The notes under the pieces: model-generated
Seen by the model: only the letters and a program-made list of their open reading frames with translations
Told to the model about the DNA's origin: nothing
Databases searched by the model: none
Program-made: the position numbers and the translations under genes
Part shown: one piece after another, positions 51,328-61,277 of the stretch
How positions within the stretch are numbered: the first letter of the stretch is position 1
Layout of the letters: each line of letters opens with the position of its first letter
Source: an uncultured Burkholderiaceae bacterium
GTDB taxonomy: Bacteria; Pseudomonadota; Gammaproteobacteria; Burkholderiales; Burkholderiaceae_C
NCBI GenBank assembly: GCA_966251135.1
Contig: CBINKC010000003.1
Span: 9,139-73,138 of the forward strand
DNA: 64,000 nucleotides
Direction of reading: 5' to 3'

Positions 51328-52227
51328 ATGAACTGGGACGACTACGACGTGTTCTGCCGCGTGGTCGAGCAAGGCGGCTTCAGTGCCGCGGGCCGCGCGA
51401 TGGGCCGTCCACGCTCCAGCATCAGCGCATCGGTGATGCGCCTCGAACACGCGTTGCAGACGCGCCTGCTCGAGCGCACCACGCGCCGGCTACGCATGAC
51501 CGAAGCCGGCGAATCGCTCTACCAAACCATGGGGCCGCTCTTCATTCAGCTACGCGAGGCACGCATGGACCTCGCCGCTCAGGAGGGCACCGTCTATGGC
51601 ATTTTGCGCATGGCCTCGCCCTACGAGTTCGCCGCGCATCACCTCGCTGCCGCTGCCTGCCAAGTCCTGGCGTGTCACCCTCAGCTCCACATGCAGATCG
51701 ACATCGAGTACGCGCGGGTGAGCCCGCTAGAGCGGCCCTACGACATCGTCTTCACCTTGGCAGATGTCCAGACACTCACCGCAGGCACGATCGCACGGCG
51801 GGTGTTCTCGCTGCAGCCCGCGGTGTACGCCGCCCCCTCGCTGCTTCAAGGCCGCGAGGCACCCTCAAGGCCGGAAGACCTGAACGACTTCCCGCTCATC
51901 GCGACGTCCACCGAAGTGGAGTGGCGGTTCGTCGGCCCCGGTGGCGAGCCCCACAGCGTCGCCATGGTCTCCCCACGCTTGCGCACATCCAACGCCGGCG
52001 TGCGGCTGCAGGCCGCCGTCGCGGGCATCGGCATCGCCCGCGTCGGCGCGGCGAGCTATGCGGAGCAGGCCGTGCGCGAGGGCCTGCTGCAGCCCGTACT
52101 GCCTAGCTACGCCTGCATGCCGGTGCCTGTGTATGCCCTCTTGCCTGGGCAACGCCACATGCCGGCGAAGGTGCGCGTCTTCCTCGACACGCTGAGCGAG
52201 CGGTTACCAGGGCCGAGCGGGCACTGA
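51328..52227 (+). CDS. LysR-family regulator (CrgA-like), divergent from the second ligAB operon
   Basis: WDDYDVFCRVVEQGGFSAAG...LERTTRRLRMTEAG. Confidence 0.92.
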   Translation: MNWDDYDVFCRVVEQGGFSAAGRAMGRPRSSISASVMRLEHALQTRLLERTTRRLRMTEAGESLYQTMGPLFIQLREARMDLAAQEGTVYGILRMASPYEFAAHHLAAAACQVLACHPQLHMQIDIEYARVSPLERPYDIVFTLADVQTLTAGTIARRVFSLQPAVYAAPSLLQGREAPSRPEDLNDFPLIATSTEVEWRFVGPGGEPHSVAMVSPRLRTSNAGVRLQAAVAGIGIARVGAASYAEQAVREGLLQPVLPSYACMPVPVYALLPGQRHMPAKVRVFLDTLSERLPGPSGH

Positions 52228-52288
52228 TGCGTTGACGCTCGCCCTCTCTTCGGATGCATCAAGCCTTCGCTTTGGGCTGCGGCTCCAA

Positions 52289-52774
52289 TCATGACGAGGT
52301 GGAGGAGCTGTCGGACGGGGCGAGCCGCCGCGCCAGTTCGAGGCGCGCACTCTTGCGCAGTACCGCCTCCTGGTATCGCCGCGCTTGCACCTCGTTGTCC
52401 GGCGCAAGCTCGGGCACCGGCACCGGCCGGCCGCTTTCGTCGATGGCCACCATGGTGAAGTAGCAGCTGTTGACGTGCCGTCGCGCTTGAGTAGGGATGT
52501 TCTCGGCCAGCACCTTGATGCCGACCTCCATTGATGAGCGGCCGGTGTGATTGACCGATGCCAGAAAGGTCACCAGTTCGCCCACATGGATCGGCTGGCG
52601 GAACAGCACCTGATCGACCGAAAGCGTGACCACGTAGCGGCCGGCATAGCGGCTGGCGCAGGCATAAGCCACCTGATCCAAGAGCTTCAACAGCGTGCCG
52701 CCGTGCACATTGCCAGAGAAGTTGGCCATGTCCGGCGTCATCAGCAACGTCATCGTGAGTTCGTGGCGGTCCAC
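52289..52774 (-). CDS. Acyl-CoA thioesterase (hotdog fold)
   Basis: MTPDMANFSGNVHGG, DQVAYACA, TGRSSMEVG. Confidence 0.92.
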   Translation of the reverse strand: MDRHELTMTLLMTPDMANFSGNVHGGTLLKLLDQVAYACASRYAGRYVVTLSVDQVLFRQPIHVGELVTFLASVNHTGRSSMEVGIKVLAENIPTQARRHVNSCYFTMVAIDESGRPVPVPELAPDNEVQARRYQEAVLRKSARLELARRLAPSDSSSTSS

Positions 52775-52872
52775 GGCGCCCTCCCTATGGCAGACATGTT
52801 CGAGCAGGACCTAGTGCCCTGCCCCAACACCGATGCACATCGTACAAAAGGGCCACACGTCGGCCCCCTCGC

Positions 52873-55131
52873 TCAGCGTCCTCCGGTCGCCGTAACCAGG
52901 ATGGTGCCGTTGTCACCCACCAGCCAGCCGGTCAGATCGTCGATGAAGTAGGCGCCGGAGAGCGTGCCGTGGGCGCCGCTGGCCTGCGGTGCCCATGTGA
53001 GGCCGCCGTCGCACGTCTGCAGCACGGCGCCCGCATCGCCCACTGCCCAGCCATTGGCCGGGGAGGAGAAACGCACCGCGCTGAGGTTGGACGTGGTGGC
53101 CCCCCAGCCGACGTGGGTCCATGTGCGGCCGCGGTCGGTGGAGCGCACGATCGTTCCCTGTTCGCCCACGGCAACCGCCACTTGGTCGTCGACGAAGACG
53201 ACGCGTCGCAGGAGCGTGGCCACGCCGGTCGGGCGCGCCTCCCAGGACTCGCCGCCATCGGAGGTGACGAACACGACGCCCGCCATCCCGAGCGCAATAC
53301 CATGCAGCCGGTCGGCGAAGCGCACGGCTTGCAGGGCCTCCAGCGTGTTGGAGCCGGCGATCGGCTGCCAGCTCAATCCTCCATCCACGCTGCGGAAAAC
53401 CCTTTGCTCGTCGGCCCAGGATTGGTTGCTCACGGCCCAGCCATGCGTCGCATCGATGAAGTGGAAGCCCGCGATCGCTCCGATGTCGCCGGACGGGAAA
53501 GACGGGGCAATCCAGCTGAGCCCCTTGTCGTCGGTCCGATAAAGGCTGCTGCCCGCGAGTACCCATCCAGCACTCCCATCGGGCAGGAACTGCAAGTCGC
53601 GCCAGCCCATGTAGGCCCACTGGGGCCTGCTGGCCCAGGTCTGTCCGCCGTCCGAGGTGCGCAGGTTGGTACCGTCCGCCCCGATCGCCAGCCCTTCGCG
53701 CGAATCAAAGAACCAGACGCTGTTGAGCATCGGCATCGGCGTGCCGTTCGGGGAACGTTGCGCCCAATGGATGCCACCGTCTGTGCTGAGGTAGATCTGG
53801 CCTTGCGAGTCCTTGAACTCCAGCACCTGGGCGGCAAGCGCGCGAAGCTGAGTGAGGAACCCGCCATTGGGCGGCACCGGCGTGGAAATCGGACTCCAGG
53901 TTGCGCCGCCGTCGCTCGTGCGGCGCCAGGCATTGCTTCCCCAGCCTGCCCCCGCAATGCCATTGTTGGCGTCGGTGAACTGCATCGAGATCGACACGTT
54001 GTCGATCGGCGCTGCGAACGCTTTCCATGTGGCCCCACCATCGACAGTGCGCAGATGGACCGTACGCGTCACGTAGCTGTTGCCACCGTTCGGATAGCCG
54101 GACTCTTGGCTTACCAGCCATGCGTGCTCGCTGCCGGCGACTTGCAGATCGCCGATCGAGCGGCTCATGCCCTGCTCGAGCACCGGCAGTGCCAGGGCTT
54201 CGGACCATGACGCTCCCGCGTCAGCGGTGCGCATCAGGGACGGTGAACCGTTCCATCCGTACCCCACGGCCCACACCACGCTCGCGCTCGCAGGTACGTA
54301 ACGCTGTACGGAATAGGTGGCGGGCACGCTGATCCGCGACCAATGCGCCCCGCCGTCGGTCGTGACGAGCGGACCCGACCACGAGCTCATCGTCACCCAA
54401 GCGGTTCGGGCATCGCTTGCGCCCAGAGACTGAATCGATTCCGCCGTGCCGATGCTCACCGCCTGCCAGGTGACACCGCCGTCAGAGGTCTTCAGGAGCT
54501 GGCCGTTGGTACTCGCGATCCAGCCGGTCTGTGCATCAACGAAGACGACTCTGGTCAGCGCCAGCTCCGTGCCCGAACGCCGCGCCTGCCAAGTCACGCC
54601 CGCATCATGAGTGGACAGCAGAGTGCCTGCCTCGCCCACAGCCCAGCCGTTGAGGGTGTCGACGTAGGCGGTGTCGTGGATCAGATTGCCCTGCGGAAGC
54701 GGGCGCTGCCAGCACCATCCTCCGAATGTCGTACAGGACTTGTCCTCGACCAGCGCCGTGTCAGTGATGGCGACAGTGGTACTGGCGGTGGTCGATACCC
54801 CCGCCTCATTCGTGACGGTGAGCTGCACGCGTAACAGTCCGGAACGCGCATAGGCATGTACGGGCATGCCGCCCACGCTACTGCTGCCATCACCGAACTG
54901 CCAGACGTAGGTCAGCTTCCCGTCCGGATCACTGGCGTTGTGTGCGAAGGTGACAGCATCGCCTATCGCAATGTGGCCGTTTGGAGCGCTGATGACCAGA
55001 TTGACAGGCAGTGCGGTGGGCCGCGGCGCGGGGACCGCGTCGCCGTCCCCCCCGCCGCCACATGCGGCCAATCCGCCTGACAGTGCCGCAGACAGGAACA
55101 AGTGGCGTACGGCCGCCGACGATATCGACAT
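52873..55131 (-). CDS. Lipoprotein with a PKD domain and many BNR/Asp-box (YCF48-like) repeats
   Basis: Lipobox LAAC; WQFGDG PKD motif; more than 10 repeats of S/T-x-D-G-G-x-T/S-W. Confidence 0.85.
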   Translation of the reverse strand: MSISSAAVRHLFLSAALSGGLAACGGGGDGDAVPAPRPTALPVNLVISAPNGHIAIGDAVTFAHNASDPDGKLTYVWQFGDGSSSVGGMPVHAYARSGLLRVQLTVTNEAGVSTTASTTVAITDTALVEDKSCTTFGGWCWQRPLPQGNLIHDTAYVDTLNGWAVGEAGTLLSTHDAGVTWQARRSGTELALTRVVFVDAQTGWIASTNGQLLKTSDGGVTWQAVSIGTAESIQSLGASDARTAWVTMSSWSGPLVTTDGGAHWSRISVPATYSVQRYVPASASVVWAVGYGWNGSPSLMRTADAGASWSEALALPVLEQGMSRSIGDLQVAGSEHAWLVSQESGYPNGGNSYVTRTVHLRTVDGGATWKAFAAPIDNVSISMQFTDANNGIAGAGWGSNAWRRTSDGGATWSPISTPVPPNGGFLTQLRALAAQVLEFKDSQGQIYLSTDGGIHWAQRSPNGTPMPMLNSVWFFDSREGLAIGADGTNLRTSDGGQTWASRPQWAYMGWRDLQFLPDGSAGWVLAGSSLYRTDDKGLSWIAPSFPSGDIGAIAGFHFIDATHGWAVSNQSWADEQRVFRSVDGGLSWQPIAGSNTLEALQAVRFADRLHGIALGMAGVVFVTSDGGESWEARPTGVATLLRRVVFVDDQVAVAVGEQGTIVRSTDRGRTWTHVGWGATTSNLSAVRFSSPANGWAVGDAGAVLQTCDGGLTWAPQASGAHGTLSGAYFIDDLTGWLVGDNGTILVTATGGR

Positions 55132-55284
55132 GTGGACCCCCCCGAGACGTTGTGCGGCGCATGGTAACGACGGGTAACGTCGATACCTGATGGACAAGCG
55201 CTTCACCCCCGCATACGAGGGGACGTCATGATGCTGTGAGGCCTCACATTCAGCCGACCAAGCGGCTCTTTTCGTGGACGCCAG

Positions 55285-55325
55285 AAAAACCAAACGGGTT
55301 AGCCCCTTGTGAGAGCTAACCCGTT
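55285..55325 (-). terminator. Terminator-like hairpin downstream of tRNA-Pro
   Basis: 11-bp perfect stem aacgggttagc/gctaacccgtt followed by a U-rich tract on the minus strand. Confidence 0.7.
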
Positions 55326-55333
55326 GATTTCAA

Positions 55334-55410
55334 TGGTCGGGGTGGCGGGATTCGAACTCGCGACCCCTTGCACCCCATGCAAGTGCGCTACCAGGCTGCG
55401 CTACACCCCG
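55334..55410 (-). tRNA. tRNA-Pro(GGG)
   Basis: CGGGGTGTAGCGCAGCCTGGTAGCGCACTTGCATGGGGTGCAAGGGGTCGCGAGTTCGAATCCCGCCACCCCGACCA; 77 nt, encoded CCA. Confidence 0.97.
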
Positions 55411-55449
55411 ACGAAGCCTCGCATTATACGGTGGAATTGCGCGCCTCCC

Positions 55450-55905
55450 TCACGAAGTGAGCAGGTCGCGTATGGAGAGCAGTTCTGCCCGCATCTGCGC
55501 CGGTGACAGCTGGGCCCGCGGAGTGGGTTGTGCCAGCGCAGCGGGTATCGGCTCCTCCGCTGTGTGGATGGGAAGATCTTCAATCACCGCACCCATGGTC
55601 ACATCGCGTACCTCCTCGATTCCGGAATCCGGATGGACGCGAGAAAACGACGCAGACTCCAACAGCCGATTTCGCGCGCCGCTGATCGTGAAGCCCTGCT
55701 CGTAGAGCAGCTCGCGGATGCGCCGGATGAGCAGCACCTCGTGGTGCTGGTAATAGCGCCGGTTCCCGCGGCGCTTCATCGGCTTGAGCTGGGTGAACTC
55801 TTGTTCCCAGTAGCGAAGCACGTACGGCTTCACGCCGCACAAATCGCTCACCTCTCCAATCGTGAAGTAGCGTTTGGCGGGGATGGCCGGGAGTGCTTTC
55901 TCCAT
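55450..55905 (-). CDS. MerR-family regulator (ihfA-linked type)
   Basis: [30 protein letters not shown]; conserved position after ihfA. Confidence 0.93.
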   Translation of the reverse strand: MEKALPAIPAKRYFTIGEVSDLCGVKPYVLRYWEQEFTQLKPMKRRGNRRYYQHHEVLLIRRIRELLYEQGFTISGARNRLLESASFSRVHPDSGIEEVRDVTMGAVIEDLPIHTAEEPIPAALAQPTPRAQLSPAQMRAELLSIRDLLTS

Positions 55906-55940
55906 TGAAATCAACAGCCTCCACCGGGAAAGTTAAGACT

Positions 55941-56312
55941 CTACTCGAACTCTTCGCCCGGTGATATGTCGCCTTGCACAACGCCCTTCAATTTGTGACT
56001 AGCGTGAAAAGTGACAACGTTTCGGGCCTTGATCGGGATGGCCTCGCCGGTACGCGGATTGCGCCCCGGTCGGGGCGCCTTGCGGCGGATGTTGAAGTTG
56101 CCGAATCCCGAAAGCTTCACATCGCGGCCAGACACGAGAGTGGCGTGGATGATGTCGAAGAACGCCTCCACCATGTCCTTGGACTCGCGCTTGTTCAAGC
56201 CGAGTCGCTCGAACAAGAGCTCCGCGAGCTCGGCCTTCGTGAGCGTGGGCGTCTCCAAGCTGGGCAGCACGACACGCGAGCCTGGCTCATCACTGTTGTT
56301 GTCGGTGTCCAC
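55941..56312 (-). CDS. ihfA: Integration host factor alpha
   Basis: [27 protein letters not shown]. Confidence 0.97.
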   Translation of the reverse strand: MDTDNNSDEPGSRVVLPSLETPTLTKAELAELLFERLGLNKRESKDMVEAFFDIIHATLVSGRDVKLSGFGNFNIRRKAPRPGRNPRTGEAIPIKARNVVTFHASHKLKGVVQGDISPGEEFE

Positions 56313-56318
56313 GATGCT

Positions 56319-58733
56319 TCAGCTCCTCAACCGCACGCCCAGGCGCTCGCGCAGCGTCTGGAGCACCTGAGACACCACCCCGTCGATGCGATCGTCCGTG
56401 AGGGTGTTTTCGTCGTCGAGGAGCTCCAGGCGCACAGCCATGCTCCGTTCGCTCGGGGCCATCTCCGCGACGGGCTTGCCCGGCTTGTACACGTCGAACA
56501 GCTGTGCCGAACGCAGCAACGGCGTGGGCGTGGCGCGAACAGCCTCGATGAGCGCGTCGTGAGTCACTGCTTCGCCCGCGATCACCGCAATATCTCGCCA
56601 CACCGCCTGGTGACGTGGCAACGGAACGAACGCGGGCACATCGCGCTCCAGCAAAGCTGCGAGATTGAGCTCGAACACCATTGGCGCGCAAGGCAGTTCG
56701 TACGCCTGGCTCCAGCGCGGGTGCAGTTCGCCGACATAGCCTAGCGTGCGACCGGCCCACTCCACACGTGCGCAGCGGCCCGGATGCAACGCGGGGTGCG
56801 AAGCCGGTACGAAACAAGCCTGCCGCGGCGCGAGCAGCGCCTCGACATCGCCCTTCGCATCGAAGAAGTCGACGAGCCGGTCCTTTTCGCCCCACTGCAA
56901 TGTTTGCGCGCTGCCCCACGCGAGGCCCGCCAGGTACGAGGGCTGGTCCACGCCGGCCACGCCCAGTTCGCCCTCCGTCGCAGCCGGGTCGCGCCGGTAC
57001 ACGCGGCCGATCTCGAACACGCGGACACGCGCAGCCTTGCGCGCCAGGTTGTACCGCAGCACATTGACCAGGCTGCCAATGAGGCTCGACCGCATCACCG
57101 CCAGCGGGCTGGCGATGGGATTGAGCACGCGGATCGGATCATCGTTGCCCGAGAGCTCGCGCTCCCAACGCTCCTCCACGAAGCTGAAGTTGATGGTTTC
57201 GAAATACCCCAAACCGGCCATGAGGTGACGAAGGGCATGCGGGCTACGGCGCCCTTCGGGACGCGGCTGCGCAATCACGGGCGCCAACGGCGCCGTCTCG
57301 GGCAGTTGGTCGTATCCCAGCACGCGAATCACTTCCTCGATCAGGTCTTCTTCCAGCTGCAGGTCGAAGCGCCAGCTGGGTGGTGTGACCAGCAGCTCGC
57401 CCTCGCCTTCGCGACAGGCCAGACCAAGCCGGTTCATCACGCCGGCACACTGCGCCTGGGAGATGGGCATACCGATCACTTTGGCGGCACGCGCCACACG
57501 CAGCCTGACGGGCTTGCGCTCGGGCAGCGCAGCGATCTGGTCGTCAATCGGGCCGACCTGCCCGCCGCAGATATCTACGATGAGCTGCGTGATGCGCTCG
57601 ATGTGCTCTACGGTGGTGGCGGGGTCGACGCCGCGCTCGAAGCGGTGTCCCGCGTCAGTGGAGAAATTGAACCGCCGCGAACGCCCGGCCACCGCTTCCG
57701 GCCACCAAAAGGCAGCCTCGACGTAGACGTTCCGGGTATCGTCGGACACCGCAGTGCGTTCTCCACCCATGATGCCGGCCAGCGACTCGACCGCTTCACC
57801 GTCAGCGATCACACCTACGGTCTCGTCGATCTCAATGGTGTTGCCATTGAGCAGCTCCAAGGACTCACCCCTGCGCGCCCATCGAACGGCAAGACCGCCG
57901 CGGATCTTGTCGTAATCGAAGATGTGGGACGGCCTGCCCAACTCGAACATCACGTAGTTGGAAATGTCGACCAGCGCCGACACCGAACGCTGCCCGCAAC
58001 GCTGCAGCCGTTCGACCATCCACGGCGGCGTCTTCGCCTTCGTGTCGACGTTGCACACAATCCGACCGGAAAATCGACCGCACAGGTCGGGGGCCTCGAT
58101 CTTCACGCGCAGCTTGTCGTCATGCGCCACCGCCAGCCGTGGGAACGACGGTTGCTTGAGCGGCGCGCCGGTGAGTGCGGCCACTTCGCGAGCGATGCCG
58201 TAGACGCTCAGGCAGTGACCCAGGTTGGGCGTGAGCTTGAGCGTGAAGAGCATGTCGTCGAGCGACAGGTGCTCGCGCACGTCCTGGCCCACAGGGGCTT
58301 GCGCGCCCAGCACGAGCAGCCCCGCATGGTCTTCGGAGAGCTGGAGCTCGCGCGCCGAGCACAGCATGCCCTGGCTTTCCACGCCGCGCAGCTTGCCGAG
58401 CTTGATCTGGAACGCCTTGCCGTCTTCGCCGGGCGGCAGTTCGGCACCGACCAGCGCCGTGGGCACCTTGATTCCCGACCGCACGTTCGCCGCACCGCAG
58501 ACGATCTGCAGTGGCGTGTCGCGCCCCACATCGACGCGACACACCGTGAGGCGGTCGGCGTTCGGATGACGCTCGGTCGATAGCACATGGCCCACCACCA
58601 CGTGGGTGAAGGGCGGCGCCACCGGGCGCATCTCCTCCACTTCCATACCCGACATGGTGAGCAGTTCGGCCAGTTCGACGCTGGAAAGGGACGGGTCGCA
58701 GAACTCCCGCAACCAGGACTCGGGAAATTGCAT
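56319..58733 (-). CDS. pheT: Phenylalanine--tRNA ligase beta
   Basis: MQFPESWLREF, HPNADRL, TPNLGHCLS, FERGVD; follows pheS. Confidence 0.98.
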   Translation of the reverse strand: MQFPESWLREFCDPSLSSVELAELLTMSGMEVEEMRPVAPPFTHVVVGHVLSTERHPNADRLTVCRVDVGRDTPLQIVCGAANVRSGIKVPTALVGAELPPGEDGKAFQIKLGKLRGVESQGMLCSARELQLSEDHAGLLVLGAQAPVGQDVREHLSLDDMLFTLKLTPNLGHCLSVYGIAREVAALTGAPLKQPSFPRLAVAHDDKLRVKIEAPDLCGRFSGRIVCNVDTKAKTPPWMVERLQRCGQRSVSALVDISNYVMFELGRPSHIFDYDKIRGGLAVRWARRGESLELLNGNTIEIDETVGVIADGEAVESLAGIMGGERTAVSDDTRNVYVEAAFWWPEAVAGRSRRFNFSTDAGHRFERGVDPATTVEHIERITQLIVDICGGQVGPIDDQIAALPERKPVRLRVARAAKVIGMPISQAQCAGVMNRLGLACREGEGELLVTPPSWRFDLQLEEDLIEEVIRVLGYDQLPETAPLAPVIAQPRPEGRRSPHALRHLMAGLGYFETINFSFVEERWERELSGNDDPIRVLNPIASPLAVMRSSLIGSLVNVLRYNLARKAARVRVFEIGRVYRRDPAATEGELGVAGVDQPSYLAGLAWGSAQTLQWGEKDRLVDFFDAKGDVEALLAPRQACFVPASHPALHPGRCARVEWAGRTLGYVGELHPRWSQAYELPCAPMVFELNLAALLERDVPAFVPLPRHQAVWRDIAVIAGEAVTHDALIEAVRATPTPLLRSAQLFDVYKPGKPVAEMAPSERSMAVRLELLDDENTLTDDRIDGVVSQVLQTLRERLGVRLRS

Positions 58734-58754
58734 GGCTGTTGGATGCCGCGTTGA

Positions 58755-59798
58755 TTACTTGAACTGGCCGAGGAACCGCAGATCGCCCTCGAAGAACAGG
58801 CGCAGGTCGCTTACACCGTAGCGCAGCATGGTGAGGCGGTCGGGCCCCATGCCGAAGGCGAAACCGATATGGCGCTCAGGGTCGAGCCCGAAGTTGCGCA
58901 CGACGTTGGGGTGCACCTGACCCGAGCCCGCCACCTCCAGCCAGCGGCCCTTGAGCGGGCCATGGCCGAAGGCGATGTCGACCTCAGCCGACGGCTCCGT
59001 GAACGGGAAGAACGAGGGCCGAAACCTCAGCTCGAGGTCCTCGGTCTCGAAGAACTCACGGAAGAAGCTCTTGAAGACGACCTTCAGGTCCTTGAAGCTC
59101 ACGTTCTCGCCCAACCACAGCCCTTCGCACTGGTGGAACATGGGCGAATGGGTTGCATCGCTGTCCACCCGATAAGTGCGCCCCGGCGCGATGACGCGGA
59201 TCTCGGGCATGGGGTCGCGCCCGGCATGCCGGGCCGCGTGGGCCCGGGCATAGCGCACCTGCATGGGCGAGGTATGGGGACGCAGGTTCAGCCAGCGGCC
59301 TTCCGCATCCTTCATGTCCACATAGAACGTGTCCTGCATCGAACGCGCGGGATGGTTCTCCGGGTTATTGAGCGCCGTGAAGCTCATCCAGTCGGTCTCG
59401 ATCTCGGGACCGTCGGCCACGTCGAAACCCATGGACCCGAAGATCTGCTCGATGCGCTCCATGGTGCGCGACACGGGATGCAGGGCCCCGGAGCCACGTT
59501 GGCGGCCCGGCAGGGTGACATCGAGCGCCTCGGCCTGCAGTTGCCGCTCCAACTCGGCCTCGGCCAGAGCCTGGCGGCGTTCGTTCAGCGCGGCTTCCAC
59601 CTGCTGCTTGGCCGCGTTGATGAGCGCGCCACGAGACCTCTTCTCCTCAGGCGGGAGCGCACCCAGCGCCTTGAGCAGCTCGGTCACGCGACCGGCCTTG
59701 CCGAGGTAGCGCGCCTTGGCGTTTTCCAGCTCGGCCGGCGTCGGCGCCCGCGCGAAGTCGGCTTGCGCGTCATGCACCAGTTGATCGAGGTCGTTCAT
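58755..59798 (-). CDS. pheS: Phenylalanine--tRNA ligase alpha
   Basis: [33 protein letters not shown]. Confidence 0.98.
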   Translation of the reverse strand: MNDLDQLVHDAQADFARAPTPAELENAKARYLGKAGRVTELLKALGALPPEEKRSRGALINAAKQQVEAALNERRQALAEAELERQLQAEALDVTLPGRQRGSGALHPVSRTMERIEQIFGSMGFDVADGPEIETDWMSFTALNNPENHPARSMQDTFYVDMKDAEGRWLNLRPHTSPMQVRYARAHAARHAGRDPMPEIRVIAPGRTYRVDSDATHSPMFHQCEGLWLGENVSFKDLKVVFKSFFREFFETEDLELRFRPSFFPFTEPSAEVDIAFGHGPLKGRWLEVAGSGQVHPNVVRNFGLDPERHIGFAFGMGPDRLTMLRYGVSDLRLFFEGDLRFLGQFK

Positions 59799-59807
59799 CG
59801 GATTCAC

Positions 59808-59838
59808 AAAAACAAAAGGCCGAACGGACGTCGGCCTT
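59808..59838 (-). terminator. Terminator-like hairpin just upstream of pheS
   Basis: AAGGCCGA-N7-TCGGCCTT followed by TTGTTTTT on the minus strand. Confidence 0.6.
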
Positions 59839-59909
59839 GGAAGCTTGCCCCAGACTTGCGACCGGGACGCATCGCACGCAGAGCTCTTGCGAGCCCTGCG
59901 TGCGAGACA

Positions 59910-60266
59910 TCAAGCGAGCTGGGCCTTCACCTTCTCGACGATGCTGCCAAAAGCGGCAGGATCGTGCACTGCCATGTCAGCGAGCACCTTGCGGTCGATG
60001 TCGATCGACGCCTTCTTCAGGCCGGCCATGAACTTGCTGTAGGTGAGCCCCATGCTGCGGGTCGCGGCGTTGATACGGGCGATCCAGAGCTGGCGGAACA
60101 CGCGCTTGCGGGTACGGCGATCGCGATAGGCATATTGCCCAGCGCGCATGACCGCTTCCTTGGCGATGCGGAATACGTTCTTGCGGCGACCGCGGAAACC
60201 TTTGGCGAGTGCGAGGACTTTCTTGTGGCGGGCTCGGGCGGTGACGCCACGTTTGACGCGAGGCAT
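59910..60266 (-). CDS. rplT: 50S ribosomal protein L20
   Basis: [18 protein letters not shown]. Confidence 0.99.
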   Translation of the reverse strand: MPRVKRGVTARARHKKVLALAKGFRGRRKNVFRIAKEAVMRAGQYAYRDRRTRKRVFRQLWIARINAATRSMGLTYSKFMAGLKKASIDIDRKVLADMAVHDPAAFGSIVEKVKAQLA

Positions 60267-60294
60267 TGATCTTCTCCTTCAGTTCAGAAGCGGG

Positions 60295-60498
60295 TCACAA
60301 ACCGGCGAAGGGCAGCATCTGCGCGACGTGCCCCATGTTGGTCTCGTGCACGGCGACTGCGCCGCGAAGCTGGCGCTTGGTCTTCGTGGACTTCTTGGTG
60401 AGGATGTGGCGCTTGTACGCCTGGCCCCGCTTGACGGTGCCGCCCGGACGAACGCGAAACCGCTTGGCCGCGCTCTTCTTGGTCTTCATCTTGGGCAT
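60295..60498 (-). CDS. rpmI: 50S ribosomal protein L35
   Basis: [14 protein letters not shown]...KRHILTKK. Confidence 0.98.
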   Translation of the reverse strand: MPKMKTKKSAAKRFRVRPGGTVKRGQAYKRHILTKKSTKTKRQLRGAVAVHETNMGHVAQMLPFAGL

Positions 60499-60645
60499 GA
60501 CTGCTCCTTTGTGATTTGCGCTGCAGGCGCCGGCAAGGCTTGCCGTCTTGTTGGCCTTCAGACGCTTCTCTCCAGCAGACCGGCGACCAGACCGAGACTG
60601 CTGAGACTTCGGGGCGCTGCTGCCTGTGCAGGCACCCAACAACCC

Positions 60646-61194
60646 TTACTTCCGCTTCGGGGCCAGCACCATCACCATCTGGCGCCCTTCGAGCTTCGGC
60701 ATGTTCTCCACGACGGCCACATCCGCCAACTCGTCGCGGATGCGTTCCAGGAGGCGCATGCCGATATCCTGGTGAGTGATCTCACGGCCTCGATACCGAA
60801 GGGTCACCTTGCCCTTGTCGCCGTCTTCCTCGATGAAGCGACGCAGATTGCGCATCTTGATCTGATAGTCACCCTCGTCCGTACCTGGACGGAACTTGAC
60901 TTCCTTGACCTCGATGATCTTCTGCTTGGCCTTGGCTTCCGCTGCACGCTTTTGCTCCTGGTACTTGAACTTTCCGTAGTCCATCAAGCGGCACACCGGG
61001 GGGACGGCCGCGGCGGCGATCTCGACGAGGTCAACGTCCAGATCCCCCGCCATGCGCAGCGCCTCCTGCAAGGGAACGATGCCCAGGGCCTCGTTGTCCA
61101 CACCGTTCAGGCGGACTTCCGATGCTGTGATTTCGCGGTTGAGCCGATGCTTGCGCTCGACATTCGGAATACGGCGGTCAGCAAAAGTAGCGAT
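60646..61194 (-). CDS. infC: Translation initiation factor IF-3 (non-AUG ATC start)
   Basis: Frame extends upstream of the ORF-track start to ATC GCT ACT TTT ([15 protein letters not shown]), preceded by GAAAGG; [15 protein letters not shown]. Confidence 0.95.
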   Translation of the reverse strand: MATFADRRIPNVERKHRLNREITASEVRLNGVDNEALGIVPLQEALRMAGDLDVDLVEIAAAAVPPVCRLMDYGKFKYQEQKRAAEAKAKQKIIEVKEVKFRPGTDEGDYQIKMRNLRRFIEEDGDKGKVTLRYRGREITHQDIGMRLLERIRDELADVAVVENMPKLEGRQMVMVLAPKRK

Positions 61195-61277
61195 GGTTAG
61201 AACCTTTCAGCGGAACCCAAGGCCCTTGGATTCCCAAACGATGATGACTGCGCGCCTGGCCACCTACACGGCCAAGA

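Noticed and set aside
55450-55905. MerR regulator as the CueR for copA
   Set aside because: It lacks the C-terminal Cys metal-binding loop and is the conserved ihfA-linked MerR type.
59808-59909. pheM-like Phe leader peptide
   Set aside because: No short Phe-rich ORF with a stop upstream of the hairpin.
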